A stretch of DNA of 64,000 nucleotides from Candidatus Azambacteria bacterium (GTDB lineage: Bacteria; Patescibacteriota; Minisyncoccia; GWC2-36-17; WO2-46-25): NCBI GenBank assembly GCA_016200965.1, contig JACQDT010000021.1, forward strand, positions 86 through 64,085, read 5' to 3'. How positions within the stretch are numbered: the stretch's first letter is position 1; each line of letters opens with the position of its first letter. Positions 17,658-27,870 of this stretch are shown piece after piece. The notes beneath the pieces are model-generated. The model was not told the DNA's origin. It searched no databases and worked only from the letters and a program-made list of their open reading frames with translations. The position numbers and the translations under genes were made by a program.

Positions 17658-17945
17658 TTAGTACACTTCCCATTTGGGATATCTGATTCCCGGCAACTTT
17701 ATTTGTATTTTTCTTGCCTTGAGTCCCAACTTCTTCACCACCCACAAATAACGCTGGGCAGGGGTACTATGCTTTAATTCAGGAATTTGGAGAAGGGGAC
17801 TGCTCGGTTTTGTGATTGCTCCGAAGAGGCCTTTTTCCTCTTTTCTAAGATACGATAATGATAAACCGGGGTAGCTTTTTATTTTCCAAACTTCCCTGAT
17901 TTTTTTAATGATCAATCTCGGGGTATTCAGCTTCTTGTGGCGCAT
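17658..17945 (-). CDS. Small basic hypothetical protein
   Basis: ATG overlaps the dedA stop (TAATG), with a GGAGG SD upstream. Confidence 0.55.
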   Translation of the reverse strand: MRHKKLNTPRLIIKKIREVWKIKSYPGLSLSYLRKEEKGLFGAITKPSSPLLQIPELKHSTPAQRYLWVVKKLGLKARKIQIKLPGIRYPKWEVY

Positions 17946-18538
17946 TATTTCCTCCTTTGTATGCGGTATTTGCGATACTCGTTGAGTGGTGGAAGGGAAG
18001 TGAGCACGATGATTCCGATGACGATAAAGACGATGTAGCGATCCATATTCGGTATGGTTCCGCCGAGCCACCAGCCGAGCCATGTGAGTCCGATCGCCCA
18101 TAACGCGCCTCCGATGATGTTGTAGGCGAGAAAAGTATGGTAGCGCATTTTACCGACGCCCGCAAGAAGGGGGGCGAAGGTACGGATGATAGGAATGAAA
18201 CGCGCGAGCACTATCGTTTTGGGACCGTGTTTTTCATAAAACACCTTCGTTTTCACGAGATGATCTTTGTGAAAGAAAAATGAGTCCTCCCGTCTGAAGA
18301 TCTTCGGGCCCGCCATGTAGCCGATGGCGTATCCCACGCTGTCGCCCAGCACCGCCGCGCCAAACGCGAGTCCCATGAGCAGTCCTATATTCAACGTCTG
18401 TTGGGATGCCAAAAAACCGGCAGTAAAGAGCAAGCTGTCGCCGGGAAAGAAAAAACCGAAAAATCCCGACTCGGCAAATATAATGCTGAAAAATCCGATA
18501 TAGCCCGCGGTGGTAATGAGGGAAATGATGTCAAGCAT
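17945..18538 (-). CDS. dedA: DedA/VTT family membrane protein
   Basis: FAESG..FPGDSLLF, LGDSVGY, LARFIPIIRTFAP. Confidence 0.93.
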   Translation of the reverse strand: MLDIISLITTAGYIGFFSIIFAESGFFGFFFPGDSLLFTAGFLASQQTLNIGLLMGLAFGAAVLGDSVGYAIGYMAGPKIFRREDSFFFHKDHLVKTKVFYEKHGPKTIVLARFIPIIRTFAPLLAGVGKMRYHTFLAYNIIGGALWAIGLTWLGWWLGGTIPNMDRYIVFIVIGIIVLTSLPPLNEYRKYRIQRRK

Positions 18539-19558
18539 CTATCCAGAAGGAAGTTGTTTCTTATAAATATCAAGCAGTGCAAAAAGAAAACTGAGCGCGA
18601 GCGGACCAAGAAGAAAGCCGATGGGGCCGAAAAACGAAAGACCGCCCAGCACCGAGAAAAGAATGAGCAGCGGATGGATTTGTATGCCGCGTTCCATGAG
18701 CTTTGGCGTGAGAAAGTTGTCAATGAGCCCCACTGCCGTTGCGCCCCATGCAAGCAAACCAAGTCCGGAAGGAATGCTCCCAGTAAAGAATAGATAGAGA
18801 ATCGCGGGGATGACTATGATAGCGGTGCCGATAAAAGGGATGAGCGCGGTAACTGCCGCGATCGCCCCCCACAATGCGCCGTTGGGCACTCCAAAGACGT
18901 AAAAACCGATGCTGACCAGCATGCCCTGGATCACGGCGACCACCAGCGAGCCCAATACGACCGAATGCACGGCTTTATTGAGTTTGCCGAATATTTCTCT
19001 GTCGTCCACATCGCGAAGGGGACTTAAGACGGCAAGCGCCGATACGAGTTTTTTCCCGTCTTTCAAGAAATAATAAAAGGCAAGCATGCTCAGTAAAAAT
19101 CCAAAGACCAGCTGGGTGATGCCGGAAAACACCGCTCCAGCGTTGTTTAAAATCCATCCGAGCCCCTGTCGCAAGAATTGATTAAGATCAAGCGTGATGT
19201 TGGCATGGATAAGACGGAGCTTGTCTTGGACATACGCGACGGTGGTATCCAAAAAACCCGTTTCGGTATCCGCAGTGATATTCTAATACATCTGTCCCGC
19301 CTCTTTCGCCACTTGTGTTCCGAAAAATACCAGCGGCACAAATATGATAGTAAGAACAATAAAGACGGTAATAAGCGCCGCGACTGTTTCTGATTTGAAC
19401 ATCCCGAATATTCCCCGATAGAAGGGTTCGAATACGACCGCAAGCGTTCCTGCGATGATAAGAATGCTGAAATAAGGGGAGAGGACGAAGAACATAAGCA
19501 ACAACATCCCCACTAACAGCGCGATAAAAAAGAAGGTCTGTAGTTTTTCGCGATCCAT
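18539..19558 (-). pseudogene. AI-2E family transporter interrupted by one in-frame TAG (19283-19285)
   Basis: The two ORF pieces share a frame: QMY*NITADTETGFLDTT; YYFLKDG, LIPFIG, IDNFLTP, GFLLGP motifs. Confidence 0.8.
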
Positions 19559-19602
19559 CGTATTGTGTTATGATATGAAGATAGTAATAATGTAGCATTT
19601 TC

Positions 19603-20847
19603 ATGGCTCAATTGCAATTTCCGGAAGGATTTTTATGGGGGGCCGCAACTTCGTCCCATCAGGTGGAGGGAGGCACCCATAATGACTGGAGCGAATGGGA
19701 GAAGCAAAATGCCAAGCGCTTGGCGCATGAAGCGGAAACAAAATTCGGCCATCTCTCAAATTGGGCTGACATAAAGCAACAGGCGCAGGACCCCGCAAAC
19801 TATGTTTCCGGCCGCGCCTGCGACCACTATAACCGTTTTGAAAAGGACTTTGACATCGCTAAATCGCTTGGCCACAACGCGCACCGTTTTTCCATAGAAT
19901 GGTCGCGCATCGAGCCCCAGGAAGGGAAGTGGGATGAAAAAGAAATTGAGCACTATCGTCAGGTTATTAAAGCGCTCCGTGCCCGCGGCATGGAACCGTT
20001 TGTGACGCTGTGGCATTGGCCATTGCCGTTATGGATTCGTGATATGGGCGGATGGGAAAACAAAAAGACAATAGATTATTTTGTCCGATACGCTGATTTA
20101 ATGACTCGTTCTCTCCTAGAAGTTCGGTTTTGGGTCATTTTGAATGAACCAAATATTTATACCCAATTTAGTTATGTAAAAGGAACGGAACCGCCGGGGA
20201 TAAAAAGTATTACAAAAGGCCTTTGCGTTTATTTTCATCTACTGGGCGCGCATAAACGCGCATACGAAGTCATCAAAAAACAAAATAATCAGCTTCGTGT
20301 CGGCATATGTAATTCGATAATGTGTTTTCAGCCTCGAAGCGGACTTTTCGGTAAGGTTCTTGTACCTATCGCTGATTACTTTTGGAACCATCACTCATTG
20401 AGAAATATACGAACAAAACTTGATTTTCTCGGGTCAAATTACTATTCACGTTTTCTTGTTGGAAAAGGAAGCTCCAACAACCTTCAACGAACAGATTTGG
20501 GGTGGGAAATATTCCCTGAAGGAGCATATGTAACCTTAAAAAGTCTGAAGAAATACAACGTACCAATCTATATTACAGAAAATGGTGTTGCCGATGCTCA
20601 TGATAAGCTTCGCATAAAATTTATTAAAGAGCATCTTTCGGAAGTATTGAGGGCGATACAGGAAGGGGTAGATATACGCGGATACTTTCATTGGTCTTTG
20701 CTCGACAATTTTGAGTTACCGGAAGTGCGCGGCTTCTGGCCGCGGTTCGGGCTGGTGGAGATTGACTATAAAACGCTTGAGCGGAAAATCCGGCCAAGCG
20801 CATTAAAGTATGCGGAGATTATCAAATCAAACGCGATAGATGTTTAA
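19603..20847 (-). other. No credible antisense gene; only short shadow ORFs lie opposite the GH1 gene
   Basis: Minus-strand ORFs here are short and carry no recognisable motifs. Confidence 0.3.
19603..20847 (+). CDS. Glycoside hydrolase family 1 (beta-glucosidase-like)
   Basis: FLWGAATSSHQVEG, RFSIEWSRI, LNEP acid/base, ITENG nucleophile, WSLLDNFE. Confidence 0.95.
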   Translation: MAQLQFPEGFLWGAATSSHQVEGGTHNDWSEWEKQNAKRLAHEAETKFGHLSNWADIKQQAQDPANYVSGRACDHYNRFEKDFDIAKSLGHNAHRFSIEWSRIEPQEGKWDEKEIEHYRQVIKALRARGMEPFVTLWHWPLPLWIRDMGGWENKKTIDYFVRYADLMTRSLLEVRFWVILNEPNIYTQFSYVKGTEPPGIKSITKGLCVYFHLLGAHKRAYEVIKKQNNQLRVGICNSIMCFQPRSGLFGKVLVPIADYFWNHHSLRNIRTKLDFLGSNYYSRFLVGKGSSNNLQRTDLGWEIFPEGAYVTLKSLKKYNVPIYITENGVADAHDKLRIKFIKEHLSEVLRAIQEGVDIRGYFHWSLLDNFELPEVRGFWPRFGLVEIDYKTLERKIRPSALKYAEIIKSNAIDV

Positions 20848-20907
20848 TCATTTTAAAAGAAACATTGTACATTCTCACGCGATAGCGCGAAAACGTACAA
20901 TTTGTTT

Positions 20908-22740
20908 ATGAACTGGATTATCGTTTCAGTTATAGCGCAAATTATTCTCGGGACTTCCGCAGTGTTTGACAAGATGCTTTTGAAAAAGGGTGTGTTCGAC
21001 CCGCTGGTGTATACGTTTTGGCTGGGGATATTGGATCTTCTCGCGCTGGCGCTTGTGCCGTTCGGCTTTCACGGCATTCCATTTTTAGTGGGAATGGAAG
21101 CGTTTGTGGGCGGCATAGTGTTCATATGCGCCATGTTCTATCTGTTCGCATCTTTGCATAAAAGCGAGGCGTCCAAGTCCCTCCTTTTTATCGGCGCGCT
21201 CACGCCGCTCACCACGTTGTTCGCGGGATACGTCTGGCTTGAAACGCAGATCAGCATTGCCGATTACATAGGGTTCTTTTTTCTGGTTATCGGGGGGATC
21301 ATTCTCTTTTTTGTGGAAGAAAAACATTTGCGCTTGCGCGTGGGATTTTTGGCGCTCGCAAGCGCGATATTTTTTGCTATTTCCAATGTGCTGACAAAAA
21401 GCGCATTTGATCAGGCCTCGTTCGTGACGGGATTTTTTTGGGTGAAAATGGGCGGCGTGGCGTGCGCGCTTGCGTTTCTCGCGTTTCCGGCTTGGCGTGC
21501 GCGGATTTTTTCTTCTTCGCGCAAAAAAGACACGCAGGAGCATCATGCGCCGTATGTGCTTAATCGCGTATACGCCGCCACAGGGTCTTTGCTCGTGAGC
21601 GTTGCTATTTTTCTTGCGCATCCGGCGCTTGTGGAGGCGATGCAGGGGCTGAAATACGTTGTTATTTTTCTCGCGTCATGGTTTTTTCTTCATGAGCATT
21701 TTCGCGGAAAGGTATTGGCGGGAAAACTTGCCGCGATGTGCGCGGTGGGAGCAGGACTCACATGGCTTGCGGTTGCCAGTTATGCCGGGAATATTCCGGT
21801 GGACGCGAATCGTTACATTACATGGGGCGTAACGTTTTCCCAGAAGGCAAGCAGGGGATTGGGACTGGACTGGCATGAGAATTTCAGAGCGATTACGAAT
21901 GATCTTCGCGCGCGTAATATCCGGCTTGCCATGTATTGGGATGAAACGGAAAAAACAAGGGGCACGTATGATTTTACCGACACGGATTGGCTTTTGGACG
22001 AGTCCGCGCGCGCTCACGCAAAAATAACTCTTGCAATAGGGATGAAAGCGCCTCGCTGGCCGGAATGCCACATTCCTGACTGGGCCCGCGATTTTACTGC
22101 CCAAGAAAGAGAAAGTGCGCTTTTAGGGTATCTTAAAGCCATTGTGGAGCGTTACCGGAGCAATTCCGTGATCGCGCTGTGGCAGGTGGAAAACGAACCG
22201 TATCTTGCGTTTGGAGAATGTCCGCACAGAGGGGAGCAGTTTCTTGAAAACGAAATCGCGCTGGTCAAATCGCTTGACCCGTCGCGCCCCGTGCTTACTA
22301 CGGACGGGGGAGAATTCGGCAGGTGGTACAAAGCAGCGCGGCAAGGCGATATGTTCGGAACGACGATGTATCGGAAAGTATATCCGCGCGTCATCGGGCC
22401 AACGTTCGGGGCGATAGAATATCCGCTTGCACCGAGCTATTTCAAGCTGAAGGAAAAAATCGTCAGGCGTGTTATTGGGGACGATACAAAGCCATTTCTG
22501 GTGATAGAATTGCAGGGAGAACCATGGGGAGACAAGCCGATTCAAGAAATGTCGGACGAAGAAGTGCGGGAAAACTTCAGTCCCGAATATTTTAAAGATG
22601 TCATCCGTTACGCGAAAGAAACCGGATTTTCCGAATATTATCTTTGGGGGTCGGAATGGTGGTACTGGCAAAAAATATACGGAGACCCGCGATATTGGGA
22701 TATCGTAAGGAATCTCAGCTCAAATCGTCTTGAGCCATGA
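20908..22740 (+). CDS. Fusion of a DMT/EamA-type membrane domain and a clan GH-A-like glycoside hydrolase domain
   Basis: About 10 TM helices followed by WGVTFS, GMKAPRWPECHIP, WQVENEP, ELQGEPW, YLWGSEWWY. Confidence 0.75.
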   Translation: MNWIIVSVIAQIILGTSAVFDKMLLKKGVFDPLVYTFWLGILDLLALALVPFGFHGIPFLVGMEAFVGGIVFICAMFYLFASLHKSEASKSLLFIGALTPLTTLFAGYVWLETQISIADYIGFFFLVIGGIILFFVEEKHLRLRVGFLALASAIFFAISNVLTKSAFDQASFVTGFFWVKMGGVACALAFLAFPAWRARIFSSSRKKDTQEHHAPYVLNRVYAATGSLLVSVAIFLAHPALVEAMQGLKYVVIFLASWFFLHEHFRGKVLAGKLAAMCAVGAGLTWLAVASYAGNIPVDANRYITWGVTFSQKASRGLGLDWHENFRAITNDLRARNIRLAMYWDETEKTRGTYDFTDTDWLLDESARAHAKITLAIGMKAPRWPECHIPDWARDFTAQERESALLGYLKAIVERYRSNSVIALWQVENEPYLAFGECPHRGEQFLENEIALVKSLDPSRPVLTTDGGEFGRWYKAARQGDMFGTTMYRKVYPRVIGPTFGAIEYPLAPSYFKLKEKIVRRVIGDDTKPFLVIELQGEPWGDKPIQEMSDEEVRENFSPEYFKDVIRYAKETGFSEYYLWGSEWWYWQKIYGDPRYWDIVRNLSSNRLEP

Positions 22741-23487
22741 CGCAATAATTTCTTTTGTTTCTTTCGGGCCAGAAACAGCTATGGTCTCGACACCCGCTTC
22801 TTTGACAGGGTAATCATTTCCTCCACCATAGAGTGCATCTCCCACAAAAATCATATCAGATACGCTTATGCTGAGGAGTTTTTCCATTTGGCGAATCCCA
22901 TACGCTTTATTGATTCCCTTTTTAGTGACGTCGATGGATGTAAGGCCTGGAATTTGTATTTGGAACTCGGGAAGATATTTTTTGAGTGCCTCCACTATTT
23001 CTCGCCGCCGGTCATCTTGAGATCCCCGCCACCGCTTTTTCGCTTCAAGCGGCGCTTCTTGACCGAGCGCGGAAAACGTTACTTGCGTACCGCGATCTTC
23101 TACGACTTCGCCATAGAGTTTTAAAGGATGCTGATAATGAATATCTTTGAATGCGCAATCAAAAGCGGTTTTTATCTTTTTACGTTCCGCCGATGCCAAC
23201 ATATCGGCATACACCTCTTTCCAGCCATTATCGTAGCGATAAAACCTCGTCGCGCTTGTGGGGAACAAAAAAAGCCGGGAAAGCCGTTCGGGCGGATAAT
23301 CAATCCGGTTCAGGAATTGCTCCTTGAACCTGTCAAATCCGCCGCCCGAAATGACCGCCACCATCCGTTTTGACAGCAATCGTTCCAAGAGCGATGCCAT
23401 CTCGGAGTCCATGTCCGTTTTACTTTCAGTGAGCGTGCCGTCGAGATCAAATATGACCAGCTTCGCTTTTTTTATGTCGGTGGACAT
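22720..23487 (-). CDS. HAD-IIB family hydrolase (phosphomannomutase-like)
   Basis: FDLDGTL, ISGG, EDRGTQ, TSIDVT..G..K, FVGDAL..GGND. Confidence 0.9.
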   Translation of the reverse strand: MSTDIKKAKLVIFDLDGTLTESKTDMDSEMASLLERLLSKRMVAVISGGGFDRFKEQFLNRIDYPPERLSRLFLFPTSATRFYRYDNGWKEVYADMLASAERKKIKTAFDCAFKDIHYQHPLKLYGEVVEDRGTQVTFSALGQEAPLEAKKRWRGSQDDRRREIVEALKKYLPEFQIQIPGLTSIDVTKKGINKAYGIRQMEKLLSISVSDMIFVGDALYGGGNDYPVKEAGVETIAVSGPKETKEIIASWLKTI

Positions 23488-23493
23488 TTTGGT

Positions 23494-25314
23494 CTACACT
23501 TCAATGACCACAGGCAATACCATCGGATGACGGTGTGTTTTGTGGTAGAGGAATTCGCCGACCTCTTCTCTGATGTTGTCTTTGATGTAGGTCCAGTTGA
23601 TCTCGCCCGGCGCATGATTGCCCGCGCTTTGTTCCACTATCCGTTTCACTAACCGCCGTACTTCCATCAGCAGTTCTTTTGATTCCCGCATGTAGATGAA
23701 GCCGCGGGAAATGAGGTCGGGATTGCCCATGACCCTTTTGGTGCGGTTGTCGAACGTCGCGATGACGACGAACATCCCGTCTTTTGCCATCATCTGCCGG
23801 TCGCGCAGTACTACATCGCCCACATCGCCCACACCAAGACCGTCTACGAACACGTAGTCGGACGGCACTTTTTCTTTTGTCCGCACGCATATTCCTCCCT
23901 TGCATTGGATCACCTGCCCGTTGTCGGCAACCAGGATCTTGTCATCGGCATAGCCTGCTCGCGTGGCGATTTTTCCATGGATGCGCAGGAACGAGTGATT
24001 GCCCTCTATCGGCATGAAATAGCGCGGTTTGACGATCTCGATCATTTTTTTAAGGTCTTCTTGTTTTGCGTGGCCGCCGGCATGAATGTCCATCATGCGA
24101 TAGTTGATCACGTCAACGCCTTCGCGGTACAGTTTGTCGGTGAGACGCTGGACCGTGCGCTCGTTGCCCGGAATGACCGAAGATGAGAACACGAATGTGT
24201 CTCCCGGCTCCACTTCAATGAAGCGATGCTCGCGGTTTGCGATGCGCATAAGCACGGCGCGCTCTTCTCCTTGGGCGCCGGTCGCCAGAATCATGATTTC
24301 ATGATTGCGGTAGCTTTTCATCTCTTCAACGGGAATGATGGTCCCTTTGGGGACGGTGATGTATCCGAGCTCTTTGGCAATCTCCACATTGTTTTTCATG
24401 CTCCTCCCTTCAATGATCAGTTTTTTCTTGTATTTTGCGGCAAGCTGGATGATTTCGTTCAGGCGGCCCAAAAGGGATGCGAAGGTTCCGAAAATAAGCC
24501 GTCCCTTCGCGTTTTTCACGATATCTTCAAGCTCGGTCATGATGTCTATTTCGCTGTGTTGTTTGCCGATTTCGCGCGCGTTCGTGCTGTCCGACATTAA
24601 AAGCAGTGGGTTGTGCTTGCCGATGCGCTCAAGCTTGTCCAATTCGGTCACGCCCGCGATATTGGAACGTTCGTCGATCTTGAAGTCGCCGGTGTGCACG
24701 AGGATGCCTTCGGGCGTATGCACGATCACCCCGACCGAGCCGGGGATATTGTGGCTGACGCCGAAGAACTCCACTTTGAATATGCCCAATTCCAATTTCG
24801 TATCATTGGTTATCTGATGGAGTTCAAGCCGCGATGAGATCTCTTTGAAGTCCTCCTGGCGCCTTTTGATGATCGCGAGCGTCAGATCCGTGCCGTACAA
24901 CGGCGGATTGGCCAAACGGGGGATGAGGTGCGGTATGGCGCCGATGTGGTCATAGTGGGCGTGCGTGATGATGACGCCCAGCACATTGCGTTCTTTGCCT
25001 TTGAAGTATTCAATGTTCGGGATGATATAATCAACTCCCGGCATATCTTCTTCGGGGAACTGCAGGCCCATGTCAATGATGAGTATGTTGTCCCCATACT
25101 CTATTGCCACCATATTTCTTCCGACCTCTTCAAGGCCCCCGATGGGTATCACGCGTAGGGCGTTTTTATCAAACACTGCCGGTACCGACGGCGTCGTTTC
25201 GCGGGACGGACGCGAAAAATGCCCCCCATGCGGCCGTTCCGTGCCGCGCTGGTGAGATGGCCGGGAAGCGGAAACTCTCCGTCTCCCGGGTTGTGTGTCA
25301 TGTTCTTTCTTCAT
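23494..25314 (-). CDS. rnj: Ribonuclease J
   Basis: GGLEEVGRN, THAHYDHIG, HTGDFK, SDSTNA, IPGNE, HAGGH; start set at the ATG downstream of the tRNA. Confidence 0.95.
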   Translation of the reverse strand: MKKEHDTQPGRRRVSASRPSHQRGTERPHGGHFSRPSRETTPSVPAVFDKNALRVIPIGGLEEVGRNMVAIEYGDNILIIDMGLQFPEEDMPGVDYIIPNIEYFKGKERNVLGVIITHAHYDHIGAIPHLIPRLANPPLYGTDLTLAIIKRRQEDFKEISSRLELHQITNDTKLELGIFKVEFFGVSHNIPGSVGVIVHTPEGILVHTGDFKIDERSNIAGVTELDKLERIGKHNPLLLMSDSTNAREIGKQHSEIDIMTELEDIVKNAKGRLIFGTFASLLGRLNEIIQLAAKYKKKLIIEGRSMKNNVEIAKELGYITVPKGTIIPVEEMKSYRNHEIMILATGAQGEERAVLMRIANREHRFIEVEPGDTFVFSSSVIPGNERTVQRLTDKLYREGVDVINYRMMDIHAGGHAKQEDLKKMIEIVKPRYFMPIEGNHSFLRIHGKIATRAGYADDKILVADNGQVIQCKGGICVRTKEKVPSDYVFVDGLGVGDVGDVVLRDRQMMAKDGMFVVIATFDNRTKRVMGNPDLISRGFIYMRESKELLMEVRRLVKRIVEQSAGNHAPGEINWTYIKDNIREEVGEFLYHKTHRHPMVLPVVIEV

Positions 25315-25395
25315 ATATATGAGTTGTATAGCGCGTCTTGTAATATAGGCAAAACAATGCGCGCTTTTTATTAATAATAAATGTAGAAAGATGTG

Positions 25396-25479
25396 TGCTC
25401 GGGGGGAGACTTGAACTCCCACGACCTTGCGGTCATAGCGCCCTGAACGCTACGTGTCTGCCAATTTCACCACCCGAGC
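25396..25479 (-). tRNA. tRNA-Leu(CAG)
   Basis: GCTCGGG/CCCGAGC acceptor stem, TAGCG-TTCAGGG-CGCTA anticodon arm, long variable arm. Confidence 0.95.
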
Positions 25480-25484
25480 GAATA

Positions 25485-27260
25485 TTATTGTGCTGTTTTT
25501 TCAATCCGCTTTGTCGCGATATACCATTTTTCCATACCGGCGAACCTTCTTGCGGGCACGTTGACCGTGGTTGCGGAGACCTGTTTCACGTCTTTATCCA
25601 TTGCGTACAAAAAGGAGGGCGAGAATAGGAAGACCGCTGGAACCTCATCGGCCATAATTTCCTGCAGTTTTTTCAAACTGTTTTCGCGTTCTTTCGGATC
25701 CAACGATTCGCGGATATTTTCCAACAGGCGGTCAACCTCTTTATTATCGTACAACGACAAGTTCAATCCGGGGTCTTTCTTTTGGGAAGAATGCCAGAAC
25801 AGATACGGGTCGGGATACAAGGTAAGCGCCTCGCCAAAAAGAAGCGCATCGTATTTTCTCGGTTTGATAACCCGTCGTTTAAGTTCATCGGTGTCATAGT
25901 TCTCAAGATGTATCCGCGCGCCGACCTGTTCCCATTGTGTTTTCAACAGCTCTCCTATACGGATCAGATCAGGGGAGTCGGAAGTGACCAAGGTGATCTC
26001 AAGCGGCGTCGGCTCTTTGTCGCTTCCGATCGTTTTTTCGAGAACGCCATCGCCGTTTTTATCTTTCCATCCCGCGTCTTCAAGGATCGAACTGGCGCGT
26101 TCCTGCAAAGATTCGTTCTGCGCGGCGATAGGTTGATATCCCGTCATCCAGGGCAACAAAGGAGAATCGGTGATCGTCCCGTTTCCCGAAAACACCTCGC
26201 TCATAATTTCTTCTTTGTGCGTGGCGGCTTCAAACGCTTTCCTTACGTTTTTATCCGTAAGCGGTTTCGCGCGGCTTTGGTTGAAAAATACCGCGAAATA
26301 CTTCGGTATATGAAGAGCGTATATGACACTGCCTCTTTTTTCCGCTTCCGTTTTACGCGCCGGCGTAATGTTCGCCAACCCCATCACCTCGCCGTTTTTA
26401 TACGCATGAAGCGCTTCATCTTCATACGCGAAAAAAGAAAAGGTGACCGTCTTTATATACGGCGTTCCGTCCCAGAAACGGTCATGGGCGACAAGCGAAT
26501 ATGAAACCATGTTGCCGAGCTTATCTTTTGTGAATTTACTGAAGCGATACGGACCGGTGCCGATCGGCTTCAAATTCGCGTCGGCGAGATTCGCGTTTAC
26601 GGGCGCAACCTCCTCCCATATGTGTTTCGGAATGATGCCGACGGTGGTCCGTTCGAGAAACTGCGAATATGGTTTCGGCAAAATGATTTTCACCGCATCC
26701 TCGTCGACTTTTTGCGCGCTCACGCCTTGCCAGCTTGCGCGCAGGGGGCTTCCGTATTCGGGATTGGTGATCGCCGAAATGGTGAATAACACGTCATCGG
26801 CGGTAAACGTTTTGCCGTCATGCCACTGGACGTTTTTTCTCAGATAAAAAGTATATTCCTTGCCGTCGCCCGATATGTCGTAGCGCTCCGCGAGATCCGG
26901 AACCAGATTTCCCTCGGGATCATATCTCATAAGCCCCGAGTAGACGAGCGCAACGATGTCGCGATCGGCGTCGTTGATGCCGGCAAGAATCGGATTGATG
27001 AATTTCGGTTCTCCCACGAGCGCCTCCGTGTACGTTCCGCCGTAGGCGGGAACGGCAACCGTTCTTTCAAAATACACCGCGAGCCGCCACGCAAAAGCAA
27101 ACCCGATCGCGCACACAATGAGAGCGGTAATGACCAATCGCTCTTTTTGCGTGAGAATGCTCGGCAACCGCCTCCACTGCGGCCAGGAAGGCCAATTTAA
27201 TTTTTTCAGAAACGTACTAATTATAGTAGAGGTAAGTAAACTAAAAAAAGAGTCGTGCAA
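25485..27260 (-). CDS. Peptide ABC transporter substrate-binding protein (family 5); start uncertain
   Basis: PDLAE, WHDG..FTADDV.FT, PIGTGPY, WHSSQ. Confidence 0.9.
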   Translation of the reverse strand: MHDSFFSLLTSTIISTFLKKLNWPSWPQWRRLPSILTQKERLVITALIVCAIGFAFAWRLAVYFERTVAVPAYGGTYTEALVGEPKFINPILAGINDADRDIVALVYSGLMRYDPEGNLVPDLAERYDISGDGKEYTFYLRKNVQWHDGKTFTADDVLFTISAITNPEYGSPLRASWQGVSAQKVDEDAVKIILPKPYSQFLERTTVGIIPKHIWEEVAPVNANLADANLKPIGTGPYRFSKFTKDKLGNMVSYSLVAHDRFWDGTPYIKTVTFSFFAYEDEALHAYKNGEVMGLANITPARKTEAEKRGSVIYALHIPKYFAVFFNQSRAKPLTDKNVRKAFEAATHKEEIMSEVFSGNGTITDSPLLPWMTGYQPIAAQNESLQERASSILEDAGWKDKNGDGVLEKTIGSDKEPTPLEITLVTSDSPDLIRIGELLKTQWEQVGARIHLENYDTDELKRRVIKPRKYDALLFGEALTLYPDPYLFWHSSQKKDPGLNLSLYDNKEVDRLLENIRESLDPKERENSLKKLQEIMADEVPAVFLFSPSFLYAMDKDVKQVSATTVNVPARRFAGMEKWYIATKRIEKTAQ

Positions 27261-27453
27261 ACGCCGTGCCGACGAAAAGAACCGAAAGCACGATGGTCGC
27301 GATGAAGATCATTTTTTCTGCGCCCCGTTTCGCGTAATATACGTTCCCTTCACCGCCAAGCGTCGCAGACAGCCCCGCGCCGCGCTGTTGGAGCAGTACG
27401 GTAATGATCAATAATACGGAAACGACGATTAAAACCACATTAAGCCAAAACAT
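27241..27453 (-). CDS. secG: Preprotein translocase subunit SecG
   Basis: VLLQQRGAGLSATLGG, RGAEK; two TM helices. Confidence 0.92.
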   Translation of the reverse strand: MFWLNVVLIVVSVLLIITVLLQQRGAGLSATLGGEGNVYYAKRGAEKMIFIATIVLSVLFVGTAFARLFF

Positions 27454-27468
27454 AAAAAAAACAGCGCC

Positions 27469-27810
27469 TTATTTTTTCACGAGTATATGAACCGCGAAGT
27501 TTACCGCGCTGACAAGCAGGGTCGCGAGAAATAACGCCCCCATCCCCGCGATATCCAATTGCGAAAGGAATATGTCCGTTATCCACAATACCCCCATATT
27601 GATGATCACAATAAAAAGACCGAAGGTGAGCAAAATAAGAGGGCCGAATACCAGTTTCAGAACCGGTTTCAAAAGAAAATTGACCGCGGAAAACACCAAT
27701 CCTACCGTCACGATGCCCCGCAGGCCGCCTTCCAGGGTAACCCCTTCAATGTAATACGAGGCGAGAAATAACGCAAGAATATTCGCCGCAATTAAGAGGA
27801 TGAGCCTCAT
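27469..27810 (-). CDS. Phage holin family / YvlD-like 4-TM membrane protein
   Basis: VNFLLKPVLKL..PL.LLTFGLF.VIIN. Confidence 0.85.
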   Translation of the reverse strand: MRLILLIAANILALFLASYYIEGVTLEGGLRGIVTVGLVFSAVNFLLKPVLKLVFGPLILLTFGLFIVIINMGVLWITDIFLSQLDIAGMGALFLATLLVSAVNFAVHILVKK

Positions 27811-27818
27811 TGCCGTTC

Positions 27819-27847
27819 ATTCTATCATCGTTGCGCTTTACTGTCAA
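27819..27847 (-). promoter_or_regulatory. Sigma70 promoter, near-leaderless
   Basis: TTGACA-17-TAGAAT with extended TG; ATG 8 nt downstream. Confidence 0.8.
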
Positions 27848-27870
27848 CATTGTATATACTGAAAAACATG

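Noticed and set aside
19283-19285. Stop-codon reassignment (TAG, or code 25 TGA)
   Set aside because: TAG and TGA both terminate well-conserved genes here, and only one internal stop was seen.
20040-20700. Apparently AT-richer middle of the GH1 gene as a recombined patch
   Set aside because: A visual impression only, with no boundaries or repeats found; it needs a sliding-window GC/codon calculation.
27469-27810. Prophage suggested by a holin-family gene
   Set aside because: This 4-TM family is commonly chromosomal; it sits upstream of secG, and no phage structural or integrase genes are present.
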